Below are positions 19,077 to 27,470 of a DNA stretch of 43,770 bases, one piece after another. Each line of letters begins with the position of its first letter. Positions within the stretch are counted from its first letter, which is position 1. The DNA comes from Candidatus Omnitrophota bacterium (GTDB lineage: Bacteria > Omnitrophota > Gorgyraeia > Zapsychrales > JBDRMG01): contig JBDRMG010000047.1 of assembly GCA_043812495.1 (NCBI GenBank), positions 1-43,770 of the forward strand, written 5' to 3'. The position numbers were made by a program, and so were the translations under genes. Below the pieces are notes generated by a model. That model had not been told where the DNA came from. It was given only the letters and a program-made list of their open reading frames with translations, and made no database searches.

Positions 19077-19637
19077 ATGATTGAACTTTATATCCTTCTT
19101 ATTTTTATGATTGTCGGCGCGGCCATTGCGATCGAAGTCAAAGATTTGCTGTCTTCGGTTGTAGCCGTGGGCGCCGTTGGCTTGGCGCTGTCCATTACAT
19201 TTCTCATCTTGAAAGCGCCTGATGTGGCGATTACGCAATTGGTGGTTGAGTTACTGGCACTCATCATTCTGATTCGGGCGACACTCAAAAAGGACCTTCC
19301 TTTTTCTACGTCGGGTCGATGGTTTGTCAATACCTTGATCACTATTGTTTTTATCTTGGGCTTTTTGGCTGTGGCCATGATTTCTTTGAAGGACTTGCCT
19401 TCCTTTGGTTACCCGACGATGAGAGTGGCCGAAACCTATTTGAAAGAAGGCCTCATGCGCACCGGCGCGACCAACATCGTAGCTTCGGTCATTCTGGACT
19501 ACCGGGCCTTTGATACCTTAGGCGAAGTAACGGTCCTCTTTACGGCCGTGATTGGTGTTTTGGCGATTGTGCGAAGAACCGGACGAAAAAAAGAAGGACA
19601 AATCATAGAGGACGAGGATGAGTCCAGCCCTTCCTAA
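19077..19637 (+). CDS. MbhD/MbhE-like (MrpA C-terminal, DUF4040) membrane subunit
   Basis: LKAPDVAITQ and NIVASVILDYRAFDTLGE motifs. Confidence 0.88.
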   Translation: MIELYILLIFMIVGAAIAIEVKDLLSSVVAVGAVGLALSITFLILKAPDVAITQLVVELLALIILIRATLKKDLPFSTSGRWFVNTLITIVFILGFLAVAMISLKDLPSFGYPTMRVAETYLKEGLMRTGATNIVASVILDYRAFDTLGEVTVLFTAVIGVLAIVRRTGRKKEGQIIEDEDESSPS

Positions 19638-19721
19638 GAAGGGCAGGATGCGCGAATCTAAAGACAAGGAAGAAAACGCGTGAGATGGACAAAAATCAAA
19701 GATACCTAAGGGAAGGGCTGG
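19624..19721. mobile_element. 98-bp MITE-like insertion with 11-bp terminal inverted repeats and 6-bp target duplication
   Basis: CCAGCCCTTCC (19624-34) / GGAAGGGCTGG (19711-21), flanked by ATGAGT at 19618-23 and 19722-27. Confidence 0.8.
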
Positions 19722-20174
19722 ATGAGTAGAGAACACGAAAAAGGAATGTCTCTGATCGTCAAGACCATTACGCGCTTGACCGTAGGCCTTATCCTTCTTT
19801 ACGGAATTTATATTTTATCGCACGGCCATGTGTCCCCGGGTGGCGGTTTTGCCGGTGGGGTCATCATTGCCCTGTCCTTTGTTCACTTGATGCTGGCGTA
19901 CGGAAAAGAGACGGCCTTGGCCAAGCTCTCTAAGGGCGCCACGTCATTTTTTGAGAGCATGGGCGCGATTTTATTTCTGGCCATTGCCCTTTTAGGGTTT
20001 ACGGGAGGATACTTCTTCTTGAATTTTCTCGGCAAGGGTGAGCCCTTTAAGCTCTTTAGCGCCGGGATTATTCCGCTTGCGAATATCGCGATCAGCTTAA
20101 AAGTCGGGGCCGGGCTTTTTGCCATATTCGTGGCTTTAGTTTTGCTGAAATTTGATTCGGAGGATAAAGGATGA
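19722..20174 (+). CDS. mnhB: Mrp/Mnh antiporter subunit B (MbhF-like)
   Basis: HGHVSPGGGFAGG motif. Confidence 0.9.
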   Translation: MSREHEKGMSLIVKTITRLTVGLILLYGIYILSHGHVSPGGGFAGGVIIALSFVHLMLAYGKETALAKLSKGATSFFESMGAILFLAIALLGFTGGYFFLNFLGKGEPFKLFSAGIIPLANIAISLKVGAGLFAIFVALVLLKFDSEDKG

Positions 20175-20286
20175 TGCATTCGATTGCACTTATCTCGTGC
20201 CGAGCAACAAAAATAATTAAGCACTCGATACGAGGGAGCATCATGGTGAGCGACAAATTTTATATTTTAAATGGAGAAGCCGAACC

Positions 20287-20625
20287 ATGATTCTTTATCT
20301 ATTGTGCTTGATTCTTTTCTGCGAAGGCCTCTATTGCATCCTGCGCAAGCGCAATATTATCAAAATTATTGTCGGCGTGATCATCGCCGAATATGCCGTG
20401 AATCTGTTCTTCATTTTGATTGCGTACCGCATGGGGGGCCGTTCGCCGATTTATTCTCCGGATGCGACGATCGTCAACATGGTGGATGCCCTTCCGCAGG
20501 CCGTTGTTCTGACCTCTATTGTCATTGGCTTGGCCTCGACTGCTCTTTTGGTCGCCTTGGCTATGCGTATTTATGATAAGTATGGGACATTCAATATTAC
20601 CAAGATCAGGGAATTAAGAGGATGA
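20287..20625 (+). CDS. mnhC: Mrp/Mnh antiporter subunit C (MbhG-like)
   Basis: NIIKIIVG, VDALPQAVVLTSIVIG. Confidence 0.9.
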   Translation: MILYLLCLILFCEGLYCILRKRNIIKIIVGVIIAEYAVNLFFILIAYRMGGRSPIYSPDATIVNMVDALPQAVVLTSIVIGLASTALLVALAMRIYDKYGTFNITKIRELRG

Positions 20626-22127
20626 TCCAAGAAATCAATATTATTCCGTTTTTTGTGGTTATCCCCTTAGCCGCTTCCTTTCTTGTATCCATTGTCAGGG
20701 AAAAAAGCAAGTGGATGCCGGATTTTCTCGGGATTACGGCTACGGCGGCACTATTGGTGGCTTCGCTATTTTCCGTTAAAATCGTGAATGTATTAGGAAC
20801 ACTTGTCTACAGTGTCGGCGCGTGGAAACCGCCTTTTGGCATCGCTTTGGTCTTAGACGGACTTACTTCCTTTATGTTGGTAACGGTGAATCTAGTCGCT
20901 TTCGCGATCGCCCTGTACTCGATTCAATACATGACGCAGTATACATCCAAGTGGAAATTTTACACTCTCTTTCTTATGATGCTGGCCGGCATGAACGGCG
21001 TCATTGTCACGGGTGATATTTTCAATCTCTTTGTTTTCTTGGAAATCGCTTCGGTCGCAAGTTACGCGCTCGTTGCCTTTGGAACCGAAAAACATGAGCT
21101 GGAAGCCGCTTTTAAATATGCCGTGATGAGCACGGTCGGGTCTTTGTTTATTCTTTTAGGGATTGTCTTGCTGTACAGCTTTACATCGACGCTGAACATG
21201 GCGGATATGGCCGGTGTGTTGGCGCAAAAGGCCGGAAGCAATATTGTCTTGATGGTGAGTGCTTTATTTATTATGGGCTTTGGTCTTAAGGCAGCGCTTG
21301 TGCCTTTTCATGCATGGCTTCCGGATGCGCATCCTTCAGCCCCTGCGCCTATCTCAGCAATGCTTTCAGGCGTTTTAATAAAATCACTCGGCGTGTATAC
21401 CTTGTGCAGAATATTCTTCAATGTCATTGGCATAAGTCCGGCCGTATCTTCTATCCTGTTACTTTTAGGAACGCTCTCTATGGTCGTTGGTGGATTGTTA
21501 GCCATCGGACAATGGGATTTCAAGCGACTTTTGGCCTACTCGTCGATCAGCCAAATTGGCTACATTATTTTTGCGATGGGTTTGGGTACACCACTTGGTA
21601 TTATGGGTGCGCTCTTTCATCTTTTTAATCATTCTGTATTTAAATCATTACTCTTTTTGAATTCAGGCGCTGTTGAATATGCAACAGGAACTCGCGATTT
21701 AAAGAAGATGGGAGGTCTCGCCGCTAAGATGCCTGTGACAGGTACAACGTCTCTCATCGGATCTATGTCCATTGCAGGGATCCCTCCATTTAGCGGTTTT
21801 TGGAGTAAACTGCTTATTATTATTGCAGCTGTTCAAGCGGGCCGCTATGGATGCGCCTTCTGGGCCATTTTGGTCAGCATATTAACGCTTGCGATGTACA
21901 TGAAGATTATGAAATATGCCTTTTATGGTCGCTGTAAAGAAAAAGAGGGCCAAATAAAAGAAGTGCCGATCTTTATGAGATTGTCCATGTTGGTTTTAGC
22001 ATGCATCTGTTTGATGGGAGGAATTTTACTTATTCCTGGTATCAGCGATGTGTTTCTTCAAAGGGCTTCTGATGTCGTTACAGGAGGCGTTAACTACGCA
22101 CTGATCGTTTTTAAGAATTTACAATAA
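20622..22127 (+). CDS. mnhD: Mrp/Mnh antiporter subunit D (MbhH-like)
   Basis: GDIFNLFVFLEI, EAAFKY, KAALVPFHAWLPDAHPSAP, KRLLAYSSISQIG, GIPPFSGFWSK. Confidence 0.92.
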   Translation: MIQEINIIPFFVVIPLAASFLVSIVREKSKWMPDFLGITATAALLVASLFSVKIVNVLGTLVYSVGAWKPPFGIALVLDGLTSFMLVTVNLVAFAIALYSIQYMTQYTSKWKFYTLFLMMLAGMNGVIVTGDIFNLFVFLEIASVASYALVAFGTEKHELEAAFKYAVMSTVGSLFILLGIVLLYSFTSTLNMADMAGVLAQKAGSNIVLMVSALFIMGFGLKAALVPFHAWLPDAHPSAPAPISAMLSGVLIKSLGVYTLCRIFFNVIGISPAVSSILLLLGTLSMVVGGLLAIGQWDFKRLLAYSSISQIGYIIFAMGLGTPLGIMGALFHLFNHSVFKSLLFLNSGAVEYATGTRDLKKMGGLAAKMPVTGTTSLIGSMSIAGIPPFSGFWSKLLIIIAAVQAGRYGCAFWAILVSILTLAMYMKIMKYAFYGRCKEKEGQIKEVPIFMRLSMLVLACICLMGGILLIPGISDVFLQRASDVVTGGVNYALIVFKNLQ

Positions 22128-22128
22128 G

Positions 22129-22626
22129 ATGAAAAAGAAAATCACTCTTTTTATTATTGCATTTTTTACTTGGTGTCTTTTAAGCTGGGTGCCGGATTGG
22201 CAGCATTTAAGCGTGGGTGTTTTTGTCGCTCTTTTTGTCTCTTTGATAACAGGTGATTTGTTTATTCAACGGCCTGATCTTTTGAAACACCCCAAGCGAT
22301 ATTTCTATTTCTTCTTTGTTTATATGCCTGTCTTTACGTGGGAAGTCTTAAAAGCCAATATCGACGTCGCTTATCGCGTTTTGCATCCGCAGCTTCCCAT
22401 TCATCCGGGAATCGTTAAGGTGAAAACCTCTTTGCAGTCGGATACAGCATTGACATTTTTAGCGAATTCTATCACCTTGACCCCCGGAACCATGAGCGTT
22501 GATATTGACCGGGATAATGGTATTTTGTACATACACTGGATTGATGTCAAGGCCAAGGATACGGAAACAGCAACTAAAATCATTGTTGAGCGCTTTGAGA
22601 AAATATTAAAAATGATTTTTGATTAG
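22129..22626 (+). CDS. mnhE: Mrp/Mnh antiporter subunit E (MbhA-like)
   Basis: ANIDVA, PGIV, LANSITLTPGT, LYIHWI. Confidence 0.93.
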   Translation: MKKKITLFIIAFFTWCLLSWVPDWQHLSVGVFVALFVSLITGDLFIQRPDLLKHPKRYFYFFFVYMPVFTWEVLKANIDVAYRVLHPQLPIHPGIVKVKTSLQSDTALTFLANSITLTPGTMSVDIDRDNGILYIHWIDVKAKDTETATKIIVERFEKILKMIFD

Positions 22627-22638
22627 GCTAGGTGATTT

Positions 22639-23007
22639 ATGAAACACTTGAAATGGTTGATAGGGGCTGTGCTTTTGATCGGTGTTGTGGTCGTAATTAT
22701 CACAAGACCCTTTCCTTTTCTTTTTTATCCAGGTCTTCCTTATCTTGCATTCTTAGGAAGAGCCCTGTACATTCTGATCCTTGCTTGCATCATGTGTCTT
22801 TATCGTATAGGAAAAGGGCCGACAGGAGCAGATAGAATTGTTGCCGTAGATATCCTTGGCATTATGATTGTAGGGTTATGTGCTATTTTGACGATTTCAA
22901 CCGGCCGATCTTGGTACATTGATATTGGCATTGCATGGGCCCTTCAGAGTTTTATTAGCACGCTGGCTTTGTCCAAATATTTAGAGGGGAAAGGTTTTGA
23001 TGAATAA
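22639..23007 (+). CDS. mnhF: Mrp/Mnh antiporter subunit F (MbhB-like)
   Basis: GPTGADRIVAVD, YIDI, SFISTLALSKYL. Confidence 0.9.
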   Translation: MKHLKWLIGAVLLIGVVVVIITRPFPFLFYPGLPYLAFLGRALYILILACIMCLYRIGKGPTGADRIVAVDILGIMIVGLCAILTISTGRSWYIDIGIAWALQSFISTLALSKYLEGKGFDE

Positions 23008-23335
23008 TATCATCGGATTAGTTTTTATTAGCTTTGGCTTGGCCTTTGATCTTTTTGGGTGCCTAGGGCTTGTCCGTCTTCCGGATGTCTATAATCGCCT
23101 GCAGGCTGCCACCAAATGCGTGACCATGGGCACGTGCAGCATTCTTTTCGGAACATTCTTGATGGTTGGATTTACCGCCGCTGGCCTCAAGTCGCTTTTG
23201 TGTATGATTTTTCTTATATTAACAGCGCCTGTGGCGGCGCATGCTATCGCTAGGGGCGCGCACAGAGCCGGTGTCAAACTTTGGAGCGAAAGCGTTGTCG
23301 ACCAATACGCACAAGATAAAGAAGGCGAAGCATAG
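23000..23335 (+). CDS. mnhG: Mrp/Mnh antiporter subunit G (MbhC-like)
   Basis: GLVRLPDVYNRLQAATK, LTAPVAAHAIAR. Confidence 0.93.
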   Translation: MNNIIGLVFISFGLAFDLFGCLGLVRLPDVYNRLQAATKCVTMGTCSILFGTFLMVGFTAAGLKSLLCMIFLILTAPVAAHAIARGAHRAGVKLWSESVVDQYAQDKEGEA

Positions 23336-23336
23336 G

Positions 23337-23456
23337 AAATTCCAAATTTAAAATGACAAATGTCAAATAAATTCCCAGTGACCAATGCCCAACTGAAAAA
23401 AATATTGGAAATTTGAAATTTGACATTTATTTGAAATTTTTTATTGGACATTTGAC
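23337..23456. repeat. Heptamer-periodic inverted array
   Basis: AAATTCC/AAATTTA/AAATGAC/AAATGTC units mirrored by GAAATTT/GAAATTT/GACATTT units. Confidence 0.7.
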
Positions 23457-23459
23457 GTT

Positions 23460-24068
23460 ATGAAATTACCTAAAGTAAGAGAACTCATCGAAGCCATCAA
23501 AGCCCTCATTAAAGGGCCTTACACGTCGAAATTTCCCAAAGAACCCCATGTGGCCCATCCGAATTTCCGCGGTCAACCCAAATACAACGAACAAAAATGT
23601 GTGGGATGTCTCGCCTGCGAAGAGGTCTGTCCGGTGTACGCCATCGCCCATAAAGATACCGTTGAAAACGGCGTAGCCAAAAGAACCGTGATTCACTACT
23701 CTGATACCTGCATTTTCTGTAGCCAGTGCGAAGCGGCTTGCATTGCCGACCATGAAGGAATCAAACTGTCGAACGATTGGGACCTGGCCTTTTTTGACCG
23801 GTCAAAAAGTTTTGAAACCATTGATAAAGAGCTGCAGCTCTGTGAGGTTTGCGGTTGCGTGATCGCCTGCAAAGATCATCTGAAATGGATAGCCGAAAAG
23901 ATCGGCGAATTGACGTATTCTAACCCCACCCTCTATCTTTCCCGCCTCAAAAGCCTTGGCATCACAGATGAAAATATCGTTACGGTCCTCAAAGACCAGG
24001 GTCGATCCGATCGCGTCAAGATATTATGCGCCCGTTGTCGACGAGAAACAACCCTGACAACGAAATAG
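23460..24068 (+). CDS. NuoI/MbhN-like 2x[4Fe-4S] subunit with extra C-terminal Cys pairs
   Basis: FRGQP, CVGCLACEEVCP, CIFCSQCEAAC, then CEVC...CARC. Confidence 0.9.
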   Translation: MKLPKVRELIEAIKALIKGPYTSKFPKEPHVAHPNFRGQPKYNEQKCVGCLACEEVCPVYAIAHKDTVENGVAKRTVIHYSDTCIFCSQCEAACIADHEGIKLSNDWDLAFFDRSKSFETIDKELQLCEVCGCVIACKDHLKWIAEKIGELTYSNPTLYLSRLKSLGITDENIVTVLKDQGRSDRVKILCARCRRETTLTTK

Positions 24069-24083
24069 AAACTCCCTAAAGAA

Positions 24084-24560
24084 ATGGATAAAAACTTAAA
24101 GGACATCTGGAAAGGCCGCGTGGTCATGGTCGGCATCGGAAATCCTTTGCGCGGCGATGATGCCTTTGGGCCGGAACTCATCGCGCGCTTAAAAGGGAAG
24201 ATTTCTGCGGCATGCATCGATGCGGGGAGCGCACCTGAAAGCTACACAGGGAAGATCATCAAGGAAAATCCCGACACGATTATCTTAGCCGATGTTGCGC
24301 ACTTGGATTTGCCTCCGGGCGACTATCAGATTCTCCAAAAAGAGGAAATCCTCAAAAGCGGACTCACGACCCATGATTTGTCGCCGCGAATGTTTGTTGA
24401 GTATCTTGAAAGTCAAACAAAGGCGAAAATCTGCATGCTTGGCGTTCAACCAAAAACAGTTTCTATGGGAGAAGAGATGTCGGGGGAAATCAAAGATTTC
24501 TTAAATAAAATGACAAAAATGATACAGGAGATAGACGATGCACGAAACACACTTAATTGA
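24084..24560 (+). CDS. hycI: Hydrogenase maturation endopeptidase (HycI-type)
   Basis: GIGNPLRGDDAFG, DAGSAPE, TTHDL, LGVQP. Confidence 0.9.
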   Translation: MDKNLKDIWKGRVVMVGIGNPLRGDDAFGPELIARLKGKISAACIDAGSAPESYTGKIIKENPDTIILADVAHLDLPPGDYQILQKEEILKSGLTTHDLSPRMFVEYLESQTKAKICMLGVQPKTVSMGEEMSGEIKDFLNKMTKMIQEIDDARNTLN

Positions 24561-24780
24561 GCCCATCATAAAGGGAATATCACAACACGCAGAAAAAGAG
24601 AATGCCCTTAAGGTGACAAAAGTTAAATTGAGAGTCGGCCAGTTGATAGGGACAACTGAAGACTCTTTTAAAGAGACATTTGCTTTATTGGCCAAAGGGA
24701 CCAAATGCGAAGGCGCAGAGGTGGAAATTACTTTTTTCCCAGGCTCGACGGTCAAAGTGATTTCATTTGATGTTGACTGA
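24538..24780 (+). CDS. hypA: Short HypA nickel metallochaperone lacking the zinc-finger domain
   Basis: MHE N-terminus, V..V.LRVGQL, F.LLAKGT.CEGA.VEI; no CxxC...CPxC. Confidence 0.85.
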   Translation: MHETHLIEPIIKGISQHAEKENALKVTKVKLRVGQLIGTTEDSFKETFALLAKGTKCEGAEVEITFFPGSTVKVISFDVD

Positions 24781-24797
24781 AATATTTCTATTAAATT

Positions 24798-24905
24798 AAA
24801 CGCAGATACGCGCAGATCAAACGCAGATGATCGCGGATTAAAAATTTATTAGATCATACAATCTGCGTAAATCTGCGTGCAATTTGCGTTAATCCGCGTT
24901 TAAAG
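24798..24905. repeat. CGCAGAT/ATCTGCG palindromic array; 24820-24905 is the inverted copy of 10553-10638
   Basis: Three CGCAGAT units then ATCTGCG-like units; 83/86 identity to the other copy. Confidence 0.9.
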
Positions 24906-24927
24906 ATTTAATTTCAAGATAAAGACT

Positions 24928-26229
24928 ATGTGCTACGCCATTCCCGGAAAAGTCAAAGAGATCAAAGGCAATTTCGCCATTGTGGATTATTTCGGCGAAG
25001 AGAAAAAAGCCCACAATGAGATGCGCGATCTTGTTGTCGGGGACTACGTTTACGCTCAAGGCGGGTTTGTGATTCGCAAAATTTCGCAAAAAGAAGCCCA
25101 AGAAATACTTTCCGCCTGGAAAGACATGTTTTTCGCGCTCCAGGAGGTGGATGTCCGGCTCTCAAAGCTTGATCAAAAAGAAAGAAAAGTTGATAAAAAA
25201 GTCAGCCGAATTTTAGATCGCGCTCTCGAAGGCCTTGTGCCTAAAAAAGAGGACCTTTTAACTTTGATGAACTGTGATGATCGCCCAAGCCTTGAGCTGC
25301 TTTTTCAGACAGCCAATTTCCTACGGCAGAAATACCACAAAAATTCCTGCTGTGTTCACGGCATTCTCGAAATTTCCAATTATTGCAAACAGAATTGTTG
25401 CTATTGCGGCATTTCCGTCCACAATAAAGTTCTCAAACGTTACCGCATGACGCATGATCAGATTGTCGCAAGCGCTATTGAGGCCATTGAGGTCCACGGC
25501 TTCAAAGCCCTTGTCCTTCAAAGCGGGGAGGATCCGGGTTATTCCGTCGAGGAAATGGCCGAAACAATCCGCGAAATCAAGCAAAAAGCCCCCTGCCTGA
25601 TTTTTATCAGCTTTGGCGAAGTGGGCCGGGATGGTTTGAAGAAACTTTATGAAGCCGGAGCGCGTGGCCTCCTTTTGCGTTTTGAAACATCAAATCCAAA
25701 GCTTTACCAAACCCTTCATCCCGGCCGATCACTTGAAACGCGCTTAGAAGATATCCGCGCAGCTTTTGACATGGGTTACATTATTATTACAGGCGGCCTG
25801 ATTGGCTTGCCGGAACAAACCAACGAAGACATTGTTGATGGTATTCTTTTGGCCAGGAATCTTCATACAGAAATGTACAGCTTTGGACCGTTTTTGCCGC
25901 ATCCCGAGACGCCCTTAGCGGACAAAAAACCGATCGAAGAAACAACCATGTTAAAAGTATTAGCCTGCGCTCGCCTCGTTGACCCCAAAGATTCAAGAGT
26001 CCTGATTACAACGGCTTTTGAGACATTGAGTATGGATGCGCGAAAAAAAGGGTTGCTTGCAGGGGGCAGCTCTGTGATGCTGAATGTGACTCCCGTCGCT
26101 TATCGCGAACAGTATGACATTTATCCCAACCGCATGTATAAGCAAACAGAAATTCAGAACCAAATCAAAGAGACCATCAGGCTTTTAGAATCCCTGGGCC
26201 GTGCCCCCACAGATTTAGGTGCCCGCTAA
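24928..26229 (+). CDS. hydE: HypC domain fused to HydE-like radical SAM enzyme
   Basis: Residues 1-~66 MCYAIPGKV...AIVDYFG...VGDYVYAQGGFVIRKI...EA match HypC; remainder has EISNYCKQNCCYCG (CX3CX2C), RYRM, VLQSGED, LLRFET, GLPEQT, GPFLPHPETPL, TTA, VMLNVTP..YR..YDIY as in HydE; one uninterrupted ORF. Confidence 0.85.
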   Translation: MCYAIPGKVKEIKGNFAIVDYFGEEKKAHNEMRDLVVGDYVYAQGGFVIRKISQKEAQEILSAWKDMFFALQEVDVRLSKLDQKERKVDKKVSRILDRALEGLVPKKEDLLTLMNCDDRPSLELLFQTANFLRQKYHKNSCCVHGILEISNYCKQNCCYCGISVHNKVLKRYRMTHDQIVASAIEAIEVHGFKALVLQSGEDPGYSVEEMAETIREIKQKAPCLIFISFGEVGRDGLKKLYEAGARGLLLRFETSNPKLYQTLHPGRSLETRLEDIRAAFDMGYIIITGGLIGLPEQTNEDIVDGILLARNLHTEMYSFGPFLPHPETPLADKKPIEETTMLKVLACARLVDPKDSRVLITTAFETLSMDARKKGLLAGGSSVMLNVTPVAYREQYDIYPNRMYKQTEIQNQIKETIRLLESLGRAPTDLGAR

Positions 26230-26314
26230 AATGATTGATCTCTTGACGCTGAAGCGATATTATGTTACGTTTGTCGAGGAAGGAAAGCAAAATAAACAAA
26301 TATGGAGGTGAAAG

Positions 26315-26605
26315 ATGTGCTACACAGTACCTGCGGCAGGTGCAATCGTCACAACCGTCATGTGGAGCAGAACCAAAGATGTTAAATTATGGTGGTTGAA
26401 TCTTTTATTTTGGGGCGGAGCTCTTTTTGGCCTCATTGATCATTGGTGGAATGGGGAATTATTCTTTGTCGGCGAACACATTGTGAGTGACTTGCTTTTA
26501 GGCGTCACCATAACTCTTGCCATCTTCATTTTCTGGAAAATTATGATGGCCAAAAGCAAAACTCATCCCACGCTCGCGAACTATATCAATATCAAGAATT
26601 CCTAA
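26315..26605 (+). CDS. Small three-TM hypothetical membrane protein
   Basis: GGAGG RBS; hydrophobic segments; MCY start and GGALFGLIDHWWNGE motif. Confidence 0.75.
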   Translation: MCYTVPAAGAIVTTVMWSRTKDVKLWWLNLLFWGGALFGLIDHWWNGELFFVGEHIVSDLLLGVTITLAIFIFWKIMMAKSKTHPTLANYINIKNS

Positions 26606-26683
26606 GATCGCAAAAACCTAGCAGAATTTTCTTGCGCATTCTTTTGTCTTTTGACAAGGCGATCAAAATACGGAGGACACAAT

Positions 26684-27463
26684 ATGGATTGGGGAATGGA
26701 AAACAGGCTGGATAATTTAATGCCCAAAGGCAAATGTTTTTTTATGCCCATCGATCACGGATATTTTCAAGGACCCACCACGGGATTGGAAAAGCCGGGT
26801 GAAACCGTAGCCCCTCTTTTAGAATATGTGGATGCCCTGTTTTGCACGCGGGGTGTTCTGCGCGCGGCCATTGATCCCGTCAAAAGCAAGCCCATTGTTC
26901 TGAGGGTTTCCGGCTGCACAAGCATGGTGGGTGAAAATTTAGCGAATGAAGAACTGACGACATCCGTTGATGATATTATCCGTCTCAATGCGCAGGCCGT
27001 CGGTGTTTCCGTTTTTATCGGAAGCGCCTATGAAAAACAAACGCTTAAGAATTTGACAACCATGGTGAATAGCTGCGAACCATACGGTATTCCCGTGATG
27101 GCTGTGACGGCCGTCGGAAAAGAAATGGAAAAACGCGAAGCACGCTATCTGGCGCTCTGTTGCCGTATCTGCGCTGAGCTGGGCGCCAAGGTCGTTAAAA
27201 CCTACTGGTGCGAAGATTTTGAAAAGGTTGTGCAAGGATGTCCCGTGCCCGTCATCATGGCAGGTGGACCAAAATGTAAAACGGAAAAAGAAGTCTTTGA
27301 ATTTGTATCCGACGGTATGCAAAAAGGCGCTGTGGGAATTAATTTAGGGCGAAATATCTGGCAGAATCCAAATGCCGTTAGTATTGCCAAGGCCTTACGC
27401 GCTATTGTGCATCAAGGCGCTAATGTCCAGGGCGCCGTGGGCATATTTAATTCCAAAAAATAA
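26684..27463 (+). CDS. lsrF: LsrF-like class I aldolase/thiolase (DhnA family)
   Basis: IDHGYFQGPTTGLE, LRVSG, AVTAVGKEM, CRICAELGAKVVKTY (Schiff-base Lys), AGGPK, GRNIWQ; GGAGG RBS. Confidence 0.85.
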   Translation: MDWGMENRLDNLMPKGKCFFMPIDHGYFQGPTTGLEKPGETVAPLLEYVDALFCTRGVLRAAIDPVKSKPIVLRVSGCTSMVGENLANEELTTSVDDIIRLNAQAVGVSVFIGSAYEKQTLKNLTTMVNSCEPYGIPVMAVTAVGKEMEKREARYLALCCRICAELGAKVVKTYWCEDFEKVVQGCPVPVIMAGGPKCKTEKEVFEFVSDGMQKGAVGINLGRNIWQNPNAVSIAKALRAIVHQGANVQGAVGIFNSKK

Positions 27464-27470
27464 AAGACGT

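Noticed and set aside
20175..20286. Another MITE between mnhB and mnhC
   Set aside because: Only weak imperfect inverted repeats (ATGATGC/GCATCAT, CTCGTGCCGAG/CTCGATACGAG) and no clear target duplication.
14348..24068. Respiratory complex I (nuo) or cofactor-less Ehr/Mbx complex
   Set aside because: The NuoD-like subunit has both CxxC Ni-binding motifs and a cleavable tail, with hycI and hypA adjacent.
24928..26229. Biotin synthase BioB, PylB or HcgA/HmdB
   Set aside because: No bio or pyl genes nearby; motifs (LLRFET, GPFLPHPETPL, YxxY) fit HydE; CX3CX2C rather than the CX5CX2C of HmdB/HcgA. Phylogeny is still needed.
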